The position numbers and the translations under genes were made by a program. This document shows positions 46,141-64,000 of a stretch of DNA of 64,000 nucleotides, piece after piece; the first letter of the stretch is position 1; each line of letters begins with the position of its first letter. The notes under the pieces were generated by a model. The model saw only the letters and a list, made by a program, of their open reading frames with translations. It did no database searches and was not told the origin of the DNA. The DNA is from Octopus vulgaris. Lineage: Eukaryota. The DNA lies in contig OX597823.1 of the NCBI GenBank assembly GCA_951406725.2, positions 87,296,001-87,360,000 of the forward strand, written 5' to 3'.

Positions 46141-46965
46141 TATCAATAAGTATCCGGACTGTTGTTAGAGTAACGAAGCTAAAGCATGCAGAGTAAAGCT
46201 GCTTGGCACAGATTGGCCTTGAACTTTGTTGTGCATGCGCACTAAGTTTTATCGTTATAACTCTCTTCTGCTGCTTACAGCAGTGCTTGGAGTGAAGGCG
46301 TGTAGCGTGTAATCATTTCATTGACCTTGAAAAAGTTGTTGCAGAGTTGCAGAAGTGTATGGAAAAGAGTGTATGAGGCGCACACAAGTGTACGAGTGGT
46401 TCAGCTGTTTCCAAGATAGCCGAAAAAATGCCGATATTGACGAACTTAGAAAAATATCGCAGATATGAGTGCAACTGTGAAGGGAAGTTGACCACCTGTG
46501 AGTTATCAGAGGATGTGCAGATTAGTTACGGTTCCGTTCAGTCCATTTCCACTGAAGATTTAAGTATGAAACATGTGTCTGCCAAGTTTGTGCCAAAACT
46601 GCTTTCAGTTGACCGAAAGGACACTCGGGTTTCAGCTGCATAACATCTCCTTCCTTGTGTCGTGAACGATGGAACTTTTTGAAAGCTTTGCGTAGGTCCC
46701 TAAGGCAGATATCACCAAACCCTTGGCAAAATTTGATGCAGATTCTCTGCTCAACTTTCTCTGTCATGGTCAATGCGACGATCACACGCTACGCACCTAC
46801 CTTCCAAGCACTGCTGTAAACAGCAGAAGTGAACTAGAACGTTAAAACGTAATGCGCATGTACAGCAGAGTCCAAGATCAATCTGTACTTAGCGGCTTCA
46901 CTCTGCATGCTTTAGCTTCGTTACTATAGCAACAGTCCGGATACTTATTGATCATACGACGTGTA
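46141..46965. mobile_element. Mariner-derived palindromic non-autonomous element with long inverted ends
   Basis: About 175-nt inverted repeats (atcaataagtatccggactgttg.. / ..caacagtccggatacttattgat). EQRICIKFC on the minus strand and SAKFVPKLL on the plus strand. Confidence 0.8.
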
Positions 46966-47090
46966 TATATTATTTGATATAAACGATTACAAAAGATTCT
47001 GTTGTGGCTGCGGAGAGTCATTTTCTTTTTGTGCCTTATAATGTAACACACTCACCGGTAAAATTTCCACTGTTTCTTATTTCTATTTCC

Positions 47091-47127
47091 CTAAAATTTT
47101 CGTTGCGTCTTGCAACCTTTTCCATAG
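47091..47127 (-). ncRNA. Hammerhead-like motif, U3-A8 variant (U4 mutated)
   Basis: cta-TGGAAAA-g-gttgc(aagac)gcaac-GAAA-AT-TT-tag. Confidence 0.5.
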
Positions 47128-47781
47128 TTTTGACTCTGTCCGTTATTTACACTGCGTTCCCTTTTGTTTGTTTGTGCGAATGTGTATGGGTCAGTGTGTG
47201 TGTGTGCCTATACATGCATGCATGTACGTATGTATGTATGTGTGTGTTTGCACGTGTATGTATGTATATATGTGTGTATGCATATGTATATATGTATGTA
47301 TGTGTGTGCATCTGTATGTACGTATCCTGCATATTTATGTGCTTGCCTGTCCGTGTTTGTGTATTTTCTATGTATGTGTGTGTGAGCATGTGTTTGTATA
47401 CGTATGCACTTCTATCTCCTTGTGTGTGCATGTCTGTCCTTGTGTGTGTGGTATGCTATTATGTACCATGTTTGTATGAATGGATGTGCATCTTTATATG
47501 TGTGGATCCGTGTCTCCATATGTGTCTGTTCTTATAACCTATGTACCTATCCGTCTGTATGTTGATCTGTTTTTCTTATCTATATGCTTACATACATAAA
47601 AAAAACTTCATATGCATACTTTAAGGTACATTAAAATTGCAGATGCTAGTAACATGGCTTGTATCTCCTAGCAAGCGTTCGAACTCAGTGCATAACATAC
47701 ATTCATATGGACATCCATACATACGAATGAAGCAATTATTTGTGTTGCGTTGGTCTTTCTGCTCATAAGGAACAGGATTTA

Positions 47782-61255
<13,474 letters not shown>

Positions 61256-61607
61256 CTAATAAATAACAGAAAAAAAGTAAAAAAAAAAACAACAATTATA
61301 ACTGGGCAAACTTTTACAATAGGCACAGGCATGTTAGTGTGGTAAGAAATAAGAAGCTTACTTCTGGACCACATGACTTAGTGTTCGGTACCACTACGTG
61401 CTATCTTGGCCAAGAGTCTTCTAATATATTCTCGAGCTGCTCAAAGCCTTGTGAGTGGTCTTCGTCTTCGTAGACGGAAACCGGAAAAAGCCTGTCGTAA
61501 AAAGCCTTTTTTTTAAAATTTGCAATGTGCATTTTCGCTGTTTTATCATATTTTACCCTTACGTTTCCACGTGTATTTAATATTTTCTTTTTGTAACATA
61601 TTTCTAC

Positions 61608-61663
<56 letters not shown>

Positions 61664-61680
61664 CTCTGAACGTCATTTGC

Positions 61681-61733
<53 letters not shown>

Positions 61734-61810
61734 ACGTATATATATATCATCTACACATATACACACACACACATACACACATATATATATATATACATAT
61801 ATATATATAC

Positions 61811-61926
<116 letters not shown>

Positions 61927-61943
61927 GTATATATGTATGTATG

Positions 61944-62026
<83 letters not shown>

Positions 62027-62032
62027 TGGCGC

Positions 62033-63645
62033 TCTGATGTCTTAGCAGCAATAAAGGAAATGAAGCATAATTCATACCTGCTTGTGTCTTGAAGATTGCA
62101 CCTCTATAACTACTGGATGCTGGATATATACCAGAAGACCTTCTATCCCAGTCTGTTGTCCCAGTTTTCAAAAAAGAAACAAATCGCTTGCCGTGAATTA
62201 CCGTCCAATCTCACTCACCTCTCATATCATCAAGGTATTTGAGAGGGTGCTGAGATCGCGTATGACTCACTTCCTTGAGAGTCATAATATGCTGAACCCC
62301 AACCAGCATGGATTCCGTAATGGGAGAGATTGCCTGACGCAGCTACTGCATCATTTTGATGACATTTTGAGAGCCTTGGGAGAGGGTTCCAACACTGATG
62401 TCATCTACCTTGATTTCAGCAAGGCCTTTGACAGGGTTGATCATAAGATCCTTCTGAGAAAGCTGTCCAATATTGGTGTCACTGGAAAGCTGCTGCAATG
62501 GATCAAGTGCTTCCTCTCTAACAGAACCCAACATGTTGTAGTCGAAGGAGTCAAATCCAGCCCAGCCAAAGTCAGCAGTGGTGTCCCACAAGGCACTGTG
62601 TTGGGCCCACTTCTCTTCATCATCTACATAAATGATATTACTGACACCATCAAACACAGCAACATCAGAACCTTCGCTGATGATTCCAAGCTCCAGAAGG
62701 TCATCAATGGCGTGGATGACCGAATAAACCTTCAGTCAGACCTACTGGCTGTTGTCCAATGGGCGGAAAAGAATAACATGTTGCTAAATGAAGACAAATT
62801 CGAACTGATCCACTTTGGAAGGGAGGACGCTCTGAAACTCCCATACTCTCTTCCTTCTGGAGAAATTCTCATGGCATCCAACAACATCAGAGACCTGGGA
62901 GTAACAGTGGACAACAACATAAGCTGGGCTACACATATAAGCAGCAAAGTTGACATGGCCCGCAGAATGTGTTCCTGGATTCTCAGAACCTTCCAGTCGA
63001 GAGATTCCCATGCTATTATCCTTCTCTTCTCCACTTTTGCCCGACCCCACCTTGAATACTGCTGTCCACTGTGGTCTCCCTACACAAAACAAAATATTAT
63101 GAGAATTGAAGCTCCCCAAAGGTCAATCACAAAAAAGATAGATGGCATGTCAGACCTTGACTACTGGGGTAGACTAGAGAAGCTGAAATTGTATTCACTT
63201 CAACGACGCCGTGAACGCTACATTATCTGTATGATGTGGAAAATATTCCATCAGCACTGTCCGAATGATGTTGGCATCACCTACAAAATGCATCCAAGGC
63301 TTGGACCACGTGCCATCCGTCCACAACAAAAATCTAAATCGCATCACATAACGACAATACGGCACAACTATTTCACCTCAATTGGACCCGCTCTCTTCAA
63401 CATTACACCAGGACACGTCAAAAAAGAAACTGACCACACAAAATTCAAGAAGTCTTTGGACAAATTCCTTCAAACAGTACCGGACAAACCACCCACACCC
63501 GGATATGTCTCCGCAAGCAATAACTCTCTGCTCGAATGGGCCTTGGTGCCCAAATCCTGAACTGAAAGACTTCGCCAGGTGGTGCTATTAAGTTAGACAT
63601 TGCCTGGGCCAATACTGGCCAAAAACCTTTCTAAGTTATTTTAAG

Positions 63646-63647
<2 letters not shown>
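62033..63647 (+). mobile_element. 5'-truncated non-LTR retrotransposon (CR1/L2-group LINE) with intact RT frame to 63560
   Basis: [67 protein letters not shown]. Short 3' UTR with a taagtt-repeat tail. Confidence 0.93.
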
Positions 63648-63682
<35 letters not shown>

Positions 63683-64000
63683 CAGAGAGAGAGAGAGAGA
63701 GAGTTAAAAAAAGGATTAGAGATTTATACAAATCAATTTTTTTTATACATGAAAGAAAGAGATGGAAATAGCACAGAAGTAAGTCTAAGACATTTTAATT
63801 CAAGAAGGAATTTAATAAACATCATTTAAACATTATATAAAATATTACCTGTTTCCATGAATCTCATCTTATCAAATATCAGTAAACATTTATAAAAGTG
63901 TTGAAATAAAAACAATTTATCTTCTGTCTGGAGTTGAGGGGGTGGGGTGCAAGAATATGTCTCTGACACCCAGACAGAAGATAAACTATTTTTCCATCAA

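Noticed and set aside
63848-63900. Candidate exon 5 of gene B (donor-like ttacct)
   Set aside because: The translation shows no similarity to gene A exon 5; the real exon probably lies outside the window.

Overview
AT-rich, microsatellite- and SINE-dense metazoan DNA. The repeat repertoire points to an octopus/coleoid cephalopod (inference). Almost every ORF-track entry is a microsatellite or SINE artefact. Real coding content: (1) a complete 11-exon minus-strand MFS transporter gene of the oxalate:formate antiporter (OFA/OxlT-like) type, CDS 43059->10649, 515 aa when spliced; (2) the last six exons of a tandem paralogue (61255->47782) with identical intron phases. Introns and intergenic DNA hold three tRNA-derived SINE families, CR1/L2-type LINE pieces (one with an intact ~1.4-kb RT frame), Dong/R4 fragments, mariner, Chapaev-like and Helitron relics, Penelope-like (GIY-YIG) remnants, and 18S, 5S and tRNA-Ser pseudogene fragments. 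The most striking hidden layer is a dozen or more minimal type-I hammerhead-ribozyme motifs from several unrelated Penelope-type repeat families. Two well-paired copies have the catalytic-core C3-G8 pair swapped to G3-C8, one has U3-A8, and several lie on the sense strand of the transporter pre-mRNA. All structures were read by eye; nothing was folded or searched computationally.
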